Part shown: positions 25,861 to 39,750 of the stretch, piece after piece
Position numbering within the stretch: the stretch's first letter is position 1
Layout: each line of letters starts with the position of its first letter
Source of the DNA: Folioceros fuciformis
Lineage: Eukaryota
Assembly (NCBI GenBank): GCA_049999805.1
Contig: JBNGIO010004048.1
Coordinates: 1 to 40,344 of the forward strand
Direction of reading: 5' to 3'
Length of the DNA stretch: 40,344 bases
Program-made: the position numbers and the translations under genes
The notes under the pieces: model-generated
Seen by the model: the letters and a program-made list of their open reading frames with translations, nothing else
What the model was told of the DNA's origin: nothing
Database searches by the model: none

Positions 25861-26376
25861 ATGGTGGTGAGGAAGGGCTTCGTGGACAACAGGCATTCGG
25901 GGTCGGCGAGCAGAATGGAGGAAGACGCCCGCTTGAGTAAGAGCAGCGGCCATTTTTTCGACATAGATAGGCTGGCCACCACGGGCAACGCTTTGAACGA
26001 CCACATCATGAGAGAGAGGGCAATCTACAGTGCCCGCACAGCGTCCGAAAACAGTTGGGCCTGGGTGAGCACTCATTCTCGTGACCTCAGCAACCACTCC
26101 CTGGAGAGGGACTCGTGGGAGAAGGAGGACTTCTCTAGCTCCGGCCTTTCAGCAGAAGACAAGATACCGAACAGCTTCCAAACCTCGCCTCCCGCGTCTC
26201 CACCAGCGGATCCGGATCGCCGGCCTTCGCAGCTTAGGGAGCATCTCAAGCGCAACAACGGCACGTTGCGCCAGCTATTCCGTGCCGAGCGAACAACATT
26301 GAAGGGCCTTATTAAGCAAGAGAAGCCCGGAGTATTTCAGGTGGCTCCCTTTGCAGGAAGGCGTCGTGCAGTTTAA
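25861..26376 (+). CDS. Hypothetical 171-aa hydrophilic protein of unknown function
   Basis: Open frame with protein-like composition (MVVRKGFVDNRHSGSASRMEEDARL...SPPASPPADPDRRPSQLREHLKR...). It is preceded by an acceptor-like ctgac...gtgtgcag ending at 25854. No recognised domain. Confidence 0.4.
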   Translation: MVVRKGFVDNRHSGSASRMEEDARLSKSSGHFFDIDRLATTGNALNDHIMRERAIYSARTASENSWAWVSTHSRDLSNHSLERDSWEKEDFSSSGLSAEDKIPNSFQTSPPASPPADPDRRPSQLREHLKRNNGTLRQLFRAERTTLKGLIKQEKPGVFQVAPFAGRRRAV

Positions 26377-27130
26377 CCTCCCAGAGCGGCATGTGTATTT
26401 GGCCATTCTTTGTGTTCGCACGTGTCTGTTGCTCGATCTCGCACTGCACAGAGGGCGGTATCGATACTTGTCTGTGTCTCAACTTAGTTTCCATGTCCAC
26501 ACTCGAATGCTACCTAGTCTTTGCCGGGACTCATCAATTTGGGATGATCAAAGCTCGAGCATGTTTATATAAGCATCAACTGTCCCTGTCCAAGTCCCGA
26601 CTCCCTTGCTACCACCAGTCTGGACATAAGTGTAACGTGTGGAACAATGTTGTGGGCAAGCCCCACTGTGCGTTGATATTGATGGGCAGTCAGGTGGTAT
26701 ACATGAAATGGAGAGTCCATCAGAAAGTGGTCGGCATCTCAGCTGCAACAACAGGAAAGCCATGAAACTACCTGTTCCGCGTACCGCCTACCTACCTCCG
26801 GAAAAGGAATTTGATCGTGTCACCCTGGTCACATTTTTCAGCTGACAACATGTGATGGCCAAGGCGCCAGTGGCTACGCTTGCGCACCGAATTCGTGGTG
26901 ACAGTACCATTCCAGGGGATAGGTATTACACCAGTCCCGTTGCAACGGGTGTCAGCCACAGCCAGGTCACGACCGCCACTATCTCTGTAAAGTATTTGGG
27001 AAAAGAGAATTGGGAGACTGCGGCAAGCGCAGCGACAAGAGTTGAGAGTCAAGCACTGCAGCAGCAAACTCGACGTCCTTCTCAACTTTATGGGGGGGGT
27101 CCATAGCAAAAGGGAAGGATCCTGTACTCA

Positions 27131-27238
27131 CAGTAAGCCTGGTATATACTGCCGAAAAAGTAGAAGCGGTAAGTCTGGTATATACTGCCTAAAAAGTGCC
27201 AGCAGTAAGTTTGGTATATACTGCCCAAAAAGTACTAG
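27131..27238. repeat. 36-bp tandem repeat, 3 copies
   Basis: c(a/g)gtaag..tggtatatactgcc.aaaaagt...ag units start at 27131, 27167 and 27203. Confidence 0.9.
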
Positions 27239-27501
27239 GTATTCGTACGAGACTACAGGATGCATATCCGCAGATGACAAGGCAGACCTGTCTTTCTTGG
27301 TAGGACATACTTGCTATGCAAACTACTCCTGCAGGCCAGAACTTAGCACCCAGCATTGCGTTAAGCCAGCCTCTAGTGCTTATACTAATAAACATTCCAA
27401 AACGACTTCTTGGGGAAACTGACCTACTTCGGTGCAAAAGAGCTATTTACACTAAAATCGCACCAGCTCCCTGCATGTTCACACATAAGGACATGAAAAG
27501 C

Positions 27502-28406
<905 letters not shown>

Positions 28407-28562
28407 CTACCGCAATCGAACACGAGGAGTCACTCCGGAACGGAACACAGCACGAGCTCTGACGATGAAAAGCGGTTGGACGTGAGAAAGAGGACGCTAG
28501 AGTTCCCCGTATTTCAAATAAAATGTGTGTTTAGAGAGTTATAACTATCCATAAAGTTATTA

Positions 28563-28634
28563 CGGCCAAATGTCTAGTGGTGTGAATCTCCCTTCAAGTT
28601 GAACAGGTTGTGAATTCGATTCTCGCAATGCCCT
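28563..28634 (+). pseudogene. Degenerate tRNA-Pro-like sequence (tRNA pseudogene or SINE head)
   Basis: 72-nt gap-free colinear resemblance to the plant cytosolic tRNA-Pro as I recall it (GGGCATTTGGTCTAGTGGTATGATTCTCGC...AGGTCCCGAGTTCGATTCTCGGAATGCCC). It retains gtctagtggt.tga.tctc and ttcgattctcg.aatgccc. The acceptor and anticodon stems are broken. Confidence 0.65.
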
Positions 28635-28836
28635 TGGTGAGTATGTTCGCCCCATCCTGAGTATGTTCGTTTATCTTCCACACATACATCCAAGCGTCCA
28701 GTTGATGAGGTAGTTGTAGACATACAGTTCATTTAGGTTCTCATGGAGGCCAGCTACCCGACCCCAATGGCGTGGGCATAGGCAATGCCGTGATGGTCCC
28801 TCCTTGAACTCATTTCAGGTGGACGGTACCCGCACG

Positions 28837-31635
28837 ATGGCCACAGCATGGAACCCGGATCTGTTAAGGACCCAACAAATTGGTGTGTGCACAGGGTTGC
28901 TGCGAGGAGCTTCCGCTCACCTTATCTCAGGGAGTCAGCCCCTGGCAAACAACCAATCCGGTACCTACAGGGGCAGCACTGCAAGGAGCCCCGCAGTCCC
29001 GCTTCAGCTAATATCCGTGGGTGGGGACGGATTTTCCAGTGATGCTCGTAGTCAGGAGCAGGAGCACTTGTGGCAACAATTTTTCCTGGACCCTACCGTG
29101 TGGTGGGATAACAGACAATGCAAGACTAGCTACCGAGCTCCTGACTTCCAGCGTAAGGGGTCCGACGAAGTCCTGTGGTTAAACAGCATGCTCAAGCCAG
29201 CTTGGGTTGATGAGCAACTCGTGTCATTGGATACGGAGATGGGCCATGGTGCCTCTCCTACCAAGTCAAGCTCTCGGGATGTGCCTGAGCTTAGGAGGAG
29301 TGCAGGGTCGGGAGTGGGCGTGGTGACGGTGGGAACTGTTAGCTTGTTGTGTGAGCAGGGGAAGCTTTCTGAGGCCGTTGGAGCCCTGGAGTCCCTTGCC
29401 CAGGCAGAGTCCGCCATCCCTCAGTCTCTGTTTTACACAGTGCTGAAACTGTGTACAGCTAGGAAGGATTTGGTTGTAGGTGGACGAGTTCATGAGCTTG
29501 CTGTGAAGTTTGGGTACGAGTCGAGTGCGTACTTGGGGAACCATATCCTGCGCATGTACGCATGTGGAGGGAGGCTACAGGAGGCTATGGATGTGCTCGC
29601 CAGGGTCAGCAAACCAGATGCCTTCATGTGGTCTTCCATAATATCCGCCTACGCTAAGCATGGGCTGCCTGAGGAGGCCGTGCAACTGTACCATAGGATG
29701 CGTAGGTCAGGGGTGAGGGCGGATGCTCACGTCTTTGTAGCTGCCCTCCAAGCCTGTGCGTTGGCTGCCGACTTGGAGTCCGGCAGACAGGTCCACAGTG
29801 ATGTGGTGCAGAGTGGCATTCCTGCTAACTTGTTTGTGGGCAACTGCCTGGTGGACATGTATGCAAAGTGTGGCCAACTGAGAGATGCACGCCGAGTTTT
29901 CGACAGCATGGTCTCCAAGAACGTGGTGACATGTAATGCCCTAATCTCTGGGTATGCGAAGTGTGGCGATCTGGAAGATGCACGCCAGGTTTTTGACAGC
30001 ATGAAAGTGAAGGACGTGGTGACATGGAACGCCTTGATCGCTGGGTATGCGGAGCGAGGGCATGGGCAGGAGGCGCTTGTTGTGTATGGAGAAATGGAGC
30101 AGGAGGGCCTCAGTGTGGCTGACCATGTCACTTTTGCCTGCCTTCTAAAGGCCTGTGCGAGCACGGGTGCCTTGCAGAAGGGCAGGCATCTGCACTCACT
30201 GATTGTGAAAAGAGGACTGCTGGATAACGTACTGGTGGGCAATGGCCTGGTGGACATGTATGCAAAATGTGGCCACCTGAAGGATGCACGCCGGCTTTTC
30301 GACGGCATGGCGGTAAAGAATGTGGTGACTTGTAATGCCCTGATATCTGGGTATGCAAAGTGCGGTGACCTGGAAGAGGCACGCCAGGTTTTCGACAACA
30401 TGGCCACCAAGGATGTGGTGACATGGACTGCACTGATTGCTGGGTACGCACAGCAGGGACTGGGCCAGGATGCGCTTGTCGTGTATGAAGAGATGGAGGC
30501 AGAAGGCCTCCCTTTGGCTAACCAAGTGACCTTCGCTTGCCTTCTGAAGGCCTGTGCAAGCACTGGTGCCTTGCAGAAGGGCAGGCACCTGCACTCACAG
30601 GTTGTGGAAAGAGGTCTGCTGGATAACGCACTGGTGGGGAACTGTCTCGTGGACATGTACGCAAAATGCGGTGCTCTGGAAGATGCACGCCAGGTTCTTG
30701 ACAGCATGAACGCAAAGGATGTGGTGACATGGACCGCCCTGATATCCGGGTACGGTGCTTGTGACGAAGGTCACAAGGCACTATCTTGCTTCGAGGAGAT
30801 GCTTGCCGCCGGCGTTCAGCCCAACGATGCTACTTTCACTTGCCTTTTAGCAGCATGCAGTCACGAGGGACTGGTCCACGAAGGCCGCAAGCACTTCGAC
30901 TCCATGGCTCAAGAGCACGGCATCAAACCTACTCTTGAGCACTACAACTGCATGATCGACCTTCTTGGCCGCGCAGGCCATTTAGATGAGGCAGAGAAGA
31001 TGCTGCACTCCTGCGAGGGCCAGCACAGTGTCGTAGGATTGACGGCTCTGTTGAGTGCCTGCAAGAATCACGGGGACACGAAGAGGGCGATGTGGTGTTT
31101 CGAAACCATCGTCCGGCTGGACCCCCAACAGGCCCCCGCCTATGTCCTCATGGCCAACGCCTATGCAGACGCAGGCCGGTGGACCGATGTAGGCAGGATC
31201 GAAGCTCAGAGAAGGGCAGCAGGAGCTAACAAGAAGCCTGCAGTGGCTACCGTCGAGGTGAACAAGCAGGTGCACACGTTCCTGGTAGGGGAAAGGAGAG
31301 AGGATATTGCCCTTCAGGTAGAGAGCACGAACGCCCGTCTGAAGCAGGAAGGAGGCCACGTACCTCACACCAAGTTGGTGTTGAAGACACTGCGTGAGGA
31401 GGAGAAGGAAGATGCACTTTGCGGCCATGCTGAGAAGCTGGCTCTGGCATTTGGCCTCTTGCACACTCCCAGTGGTACACCTCTGGTGGTAACGAAGAAT
31501 CTGCGCATGTGCAGTGACTGCCACAGTTCCACTTCGATCATGTCAAGGCTCGAGCAGCGAGACATCGTTGTAAGGGATGCGTACCGGGTGCATCGTTTCG
31601 CTGCTGGGACTTGCAGCTGTAAGGGTCGGCCGTGA
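28837..31635 (+). CDS. PLS-class PPR protein, 932 aa, no coding introns: N-terminal PDF (OSB-type) motif, about 16-17 P/L/S/SS motifs, E1-E2 and a DYW:KP domain ending in GRP. Putative organellar U-to-C RNA editing factor
   Basis: PLS triplets (e.g. GNCLVDMYAKCG, DVVTWNALIAGY, VTFACLLKAC); P2-L2-S2 (ACSHEGLV.EG, HYNCMIDLLGRAG); E1/E2; KKPAVATVEV in place of the PG box; CGHAEKLA; KNLRMCSDCH; C-terminus CSCKGRP*. Confidence 0.95.
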   Translation: MATAWNPDLLRTQQIGVCTGLLRGASAHLISGSQPLANNQSGTYRGSTARSPAVPLQLISVGGDGFSSDARSQEQEHLWQQFFLDPTVWWDNRQCKTSYRAPDFQRKGSDEVLWLNSMLKPAWVDEQLVSLDTEMGHGASPTKSSSRDVPELRRSAGSGVGVVTVGTVSLLCEQGKLSEAVGALESLAQAESAIPQSLFYTVLKLCTARKDLVVGGRVHELAVKFGYESSAYLGNHILRMYACGGRLQEAMDVLARVSKPDAFMWSSIISAYAKHGLPEEAVQLYHRMRRSGVRADAHVFVAALQACALAADLESGRQVHSDVVQSGIPANLFVGNCLVDMYAKCGQLRDARRVFDSMVSKNVVTCNALISGYAKCGDLEDARQVFDSMKVKDVVTWNALIAGYAERGHGQEALVVYGEMEQEGLSVADHVTFACLLKACASTGALQKGRHLHSLIVKRGLLDNVLVGNGLVDMYAKCGHLKDARRLFDGMAVKNVVTCNALISGYAKCGDLEEARQVFDNMATKDVVTWTALIAGYAQQGLGQDALVVYEEMEAEGLPLANQVTFACLLKACASTGALQKGRHLHSQVVERGLLDNALVGNCLVDMYAKCGALEDARQVLDSMNAKDVVTWTALISGYGACDEGHKALSCFEEMLAAGVQPNDATFTCLLAACSHEGLVHEGRKHFDSMAQEHGIKPTLEHYNCMIDLLGRAGHLDEAEKMLHSCEGQHSVVGLTALLSACKNHGDTKRAMWCFETIVRLDPQQAPAYVLMANAYADAGRWTDVGRIEAQRRAAGANKKPAVATVEVNKQVHTFLVGERREDIALQVESTNARLKQEGGHVPHTKLVLKTLREEEKEDALCGHAEKLALAFGLLHTPSGTPLVVTKNLRMCSDCHSSTSIMSRLEQRDIVVRDAYRVHRFAAGTCSCKGRP
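29068..29220 (+). other. PDF motif (OSB-family ssDNA-binding module) within the PPR protein N-terminus
   Basis: LWQQFFLDPTVWWDNRQCKTSYRAPDFQRKGSDEVLWLNSMLKPAWVDEQL fits the OSB PDF consensus W..FF..P..WWDNR..K.....PDFKHK.....LWL.....P.WV...L. Confidence 0.85.
29836..30633 (+). repeat. Intragenic tandem duplication of a 399-bp (133-aa) S-SS-P-L PPR module
   Basis: Units start at 29836 and 30235, and the next S motif starts at 30634, giving an exact 399-bp period. FACLLKACASTGALQKGRHLHS and KNVVTCNALISGYAKCGDLE are identical in both copies. Confidence 0.9.
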
Positions 31636-31757
31636 GAACAATGAATAAGTAGTAAGTAGTTCTGTTGTGCTGAATCCTGGAGTCTGGAGCTGACACGCAG
31701 GTAAAAGCCCGGTCGTCCCTAAAGGCTTAAAGATAGGCAGATAAAGGCTTAAAGATA

Positions 31758-31819
31758 GGGCTCGAACCCGGGTCGCTCGGGTGAAAGCCGAGTATCCTAA
31801 CCGTCTAGACTACAACGTA
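31758..31819 (-). pseudogene. 3'-truncated tRNA-Glu(UUC)
   Basis: Minus strand reads TACGTTGTAGTCTAGACGGTTAGGATACTCGGCTTTCACCCGAGCGACCCGGGTTCGAGCCC. The D arm, the anticodon arm (CTCGG-CT TTC AC-CCGAG) and the T loop are intact. The end of the T stem and the 3' acceptor strand (expected ..GGCAACGGA) are absent. Confidence 0.88.
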
Positions 31820-32177
31820 ATCTTCACTGTATCTTGTCGCCACAAAAATCACTCAACCATTTTCACAGGGGTCACATTGCGGAAATAGAAAGAGTCTGGA
31901 GGAAGAAGCGAAGTGGTGGGAGCTGGGAATTTGATGAGCACTTCGGTGTCTGGCAGGTTGGACAAATTCCAGATACAGACAGGAAAGGGGTCAATTAATC
32001 CACCAGGTAACACCACCTGCTGGCGCTGTACTGCAATTCATCCAAGTCGAATTCGCACGTACGGTACCTCCTTCCACGCCCCACTGGCCACGAGGCCTGG
32101 ATTTGTGTACGAAAAAAAATTGAGGACGCTAATCGTGGAGGCACTGGACATCGGAATTCGTCCCGTGTCTTCACGGC

Positions 32178-36547
<4,370 letters not shown>

Positions 36548-37097
36548 AAAATTTTGCTGCCCAGCTGCAGAAACGAAGAACTATCTATCCACTCTAACTC
36601 TGCCAGAAAGGAAAGAGCAATGTTGTAAATCTGGTAGAGCTAGATCAATCTTCTGTACCTCTCAACTCCAGCATCTCACATCAAAATGTGTATCATTTAA
36701 CCAATGCTATCGAGCACCAATTACTGCCGTAGCATGCCTCGAGTTCTTCATTGTCTACATTTCCCTCTGTCAAGGAGCTGCGAAATTTCCATCCATCAAA
36801 GGTGAAGAGATGTGTTCTTCACTGGGAGGAGGACGGAGCTGAACGAGGCAGTGAAAACTCCTAACGGCGAGGTGAATAAAGGAGAGAGGTAATACATTAT
36901 TAATATTATTGCTATTATTATATCTAACTGTATTGAGTGTTTGCACCTGGTACCATTTCTGAGGTTGTCATGAGCTCGCATCCCTGCTGATTGAAACAGT
37001 ATGTTGGTTAAACAGTATGTTCGTCGACGCCCACCAATTAGCCCAATCCTGTAGGAAGAGTCGAGAAGCAAGAGCTTGTGGAGCGAGAAAAAGTTGC

Positions 37098-37110
37098 GTC
37101 TAGAAGCTTC
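37098..37110. promoter_or_regulatory. Possible imperfect heat-shock element
   Basis: gTCtaGAAgcTTC (nTTCnnGAAnnTTC with one mismatch), about 210 bp upstream of the HSP90 ATG. Confidence 0.3.
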
Positions 37111-37317
37111 AGCGGTGCTTGCTTTTAGGGCACCGAGAGGGCCAGACGACGCCGTCTTCGCCATCGCATTGGCTCAGCGGTGGGATCGTCGGTGTTCGGT
37201 GGACTGGAGATATCCTCGGTGCAGCCGTGCACTCTTGGTTGCAGCTCTCCCATTCTGCAGCTTCGGGTGCGGGAGTGTATGAATTCCGGGAGCGTGAGGC
37301 GAGTCCTGAGCGTGGCC

Positions 37318-39750
37318 ATGGCGCCCGCTGCTGCTTCCCTTTCTGCTGCGCGTGGCCTGGGAGCTGTGGCCGCGTCCTTGCCCCTAGCATCGCCGCAGCA
37401 GCAGCAGCAGACGAAGCAGGCGCATGGCGTGGCTCAGGCTAGTGCGGTGCCCGCGCGATCCGCCAGGCAAGCGCACAGCTTGGCTGCCCGGAGCGGGAGG
37501 CCCGCGGGGCCGCTGCAGGCGGTGTCCGGGTCCGGGGCCAGCCTGAAGGCGCTGTTTGGGGGAGCCGCCGGCGGGGCGAGGAGGAACGGCATTCGGCCTG
37601 CGGGAGTGAGGTGCGAGGCTACCGTGGCGGAGCGGGAGGATGCGCCGCCAGCGGCGCAGAAGTTCGAGTACCAGGCGGAAGTGAGCAGACTGCTGAAACT
37701 CATTGTGCACAGTCTGTACAGCCACAAGGAGGTTTTTCTGCGGGAGCTTGTGAGTAATGCGAGTGACGCCTTGGACAAGTTGCGGTTCTTGAGTGTCACT
37801 GACCAGAACCTCCTGGCGGCGAATCCGAACATGGAAATTAGGATAAAGGCGGACCGGGATGCCGGGACGATTACGATTACTGATACTGGTATTGGGATGA
37901 CGAAGGAGGAGCTGCAGGAGAGTCTTGGAACCATTGCGCAAAGTGGGACTGCGAGGTTCCTAAATGCGTTGAAGGAGAGCAAGGACGCGAACACCGGTGA
38001 TAATAATTTGATTGGACAGTTTGGTGTCGGATTCTACTCAGCGTTCCTTGTCGCCGACAGGGTTGTGGTGAGGACGAAGAGCGCCAAGTCGGATAAGCAG
38101 TATGTGTGGGAGGGAGAGGCGGATACCAGCTCGTACACGATTCGAGAGGAGGATGAGGAGGATATGCTCCTCCCCAGGGGTACTGCGGTGACGCTGTATT
38201 TGAAGGATGATGACAAGTTCGAGTACTCAGACTCGACGAGACTAGCTAACCTGGTGAAGAACTACTCGCAGTTTATTTCTTTCCCTATCTACACTTGGCA
38301 GGAGAAGACAAGGCAGGTGGAGGTCGAGGATGAAGGCCCTGTGGAGGAAGGCGCCGAGAAGAAGGAGAAGACGAAGAAGACAGAGAAGTATTTCGAGTGG
38401 GAGATGGGGAACGAGACGAAGCCCATCTGGATGAGGTCCCCTAAGGAAGTACCGAAGGAGGAGTACGACACTTTTTACAAAAACACGTTCAAGGATTTTG
38501 TCGATCCTATGGCGTACACGCACTTCACTACGGAGGGTGAGATTGAGTTCAAGAGTCTGCTGTATATTCCGGGCATGGCACCGTTCGGTGACGAGGCGTA
38601 TAACCAGAAGACGAAGAACATCAGGCTGTATGTGAAGCGAGTGTTCATATCGAACGAGTTTGACGGAGAGTTGTTTCCGCGCTACCTGGGCTTCATCAAG
38701 GGAGTCGTGGACTCCAACGATTTGCCTCTGAATGTTTCTCGAGAACTGCTTCAGGAGAGTCGCATTGTCCGCATCATGAAGAAGCGTTTGGTGAGGAAGG
38801 CATTCGATATGATGGACGATATAGCGAAGCGGGAGAATGGGGAGGATTACAAGAACTTCTGGACGAATTTCGGGAAGAACCTCAAGCTGGGGTGCGTTGA
38901 AGATCAAGGGAACCACAAGAAGATTGCCCCTTTGCTGCGGTTCTTCAGCTCCAAGTCTGGGGAGAATCTTATCAGCTTGGACGGATATATCGGTGTCATG
39001 AAGCCTGACCAGAAGGCTATCTACTACCTGGCTTCTGATTCTATAAAGAGTGCGCAGAGTGCGCCCTTCTTGGAAGCCTTGGACAAGAAGGGGTTTGAAG
39101 TTCTGTTCCTGATTGAGCCAATCGACGAGGTTGCTATCACGAACCTTCAGGAGTACAAGGATAAGAAGTTCGTAGACATCAGTAAGGAGGATTTGGATCT
39201 TGGTGACGTAGAAGATAAGAAGGAGATAGAGAAAGAATACCGTCTCCTCGCTGACTGGATGAAGCAAATCCTCGGGGAGAAGGTGGCCAAGGTGCAGATT
39301 TCTACGCGTCTCAGCTCTGCGCCGTGTGTTCTGGTGTCTGGCAAGTTTGGTTGGTCCGCCAACATGGAAAGGATCATGAAGGCTCAAGCTTTGGGAGACA
39401 CATCTACCTTGGAGTTCATGAAGGGAAGGAGGATCCTTGAAATCAACCCTGATCATCCCATCATCAAGGATCTGAACGTCGCCTGCAAGGATACGCCCAG
39501 GAATGACAGAGTGAGGGGACTCGTGGATCTGCTGTACGAAACCTCTCTGCTATCTTGTGGTTTCACCCCAGAGAATCCGGCAGATTTTGGAACCAAGATT
39601 TTTGAGCTGATGGGGTCGGTCATTGGCAAACAAGAGGCGGGCGTAGTAGAAGAGTATTCCGAGGAGCCTCGTGCTGCCGCTGCCGAAGGTGCGGCAGAGG
39701 TTGTGGAGCCGTCCGAGGTGAGGACGGACAACGATCCATGGAAGAGCTAG
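37318..39750 (+). CDS. HSP90C: Plastid HSP90 (HSP90C/HSP90-5-like), 810 aa, intronless CDS
   Basis: Ala/Ser/Arg-rich transit peptide ending in [88 protein letters not shown]. The C-terminus is [11 protein letters not shown] (DPW motif of plastid HSP90), not MEEVD or KDEL. Confidence 0.95.

Noticed and set aside
29727-30707. 326-aa antisense ORF over the PPR tract
   Set aside because: Shadow frame of a GC-rich, internally duplicated coding sequence with no independent features.
31758-31819. Functional tRNA-Glu gene
   Set aside because: The 3' acceptor strand and part of the T stem are missing, so a cloverleaf cannot form. Annotated as a pseudogene.
37180-37317. ORF-track N-terminal extensions from GTG/TTG starts (HSP90 from 37180, PPR from 28804, HKT from 12246, MED14 from 3069)
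   Set aside because: This is a eukaryotic nuclear context, so ATG starts were used. For HSP90, gccATGGCG at 37318 has the best context and begins a typical transit peptide, although an in-frame ATG also exists at 37279.
38242-39456. 404-aa antisense ORF inside HSP90
   Set aside because: Typical antisense shadow of a gene with strong codon bias. No domain recognised.
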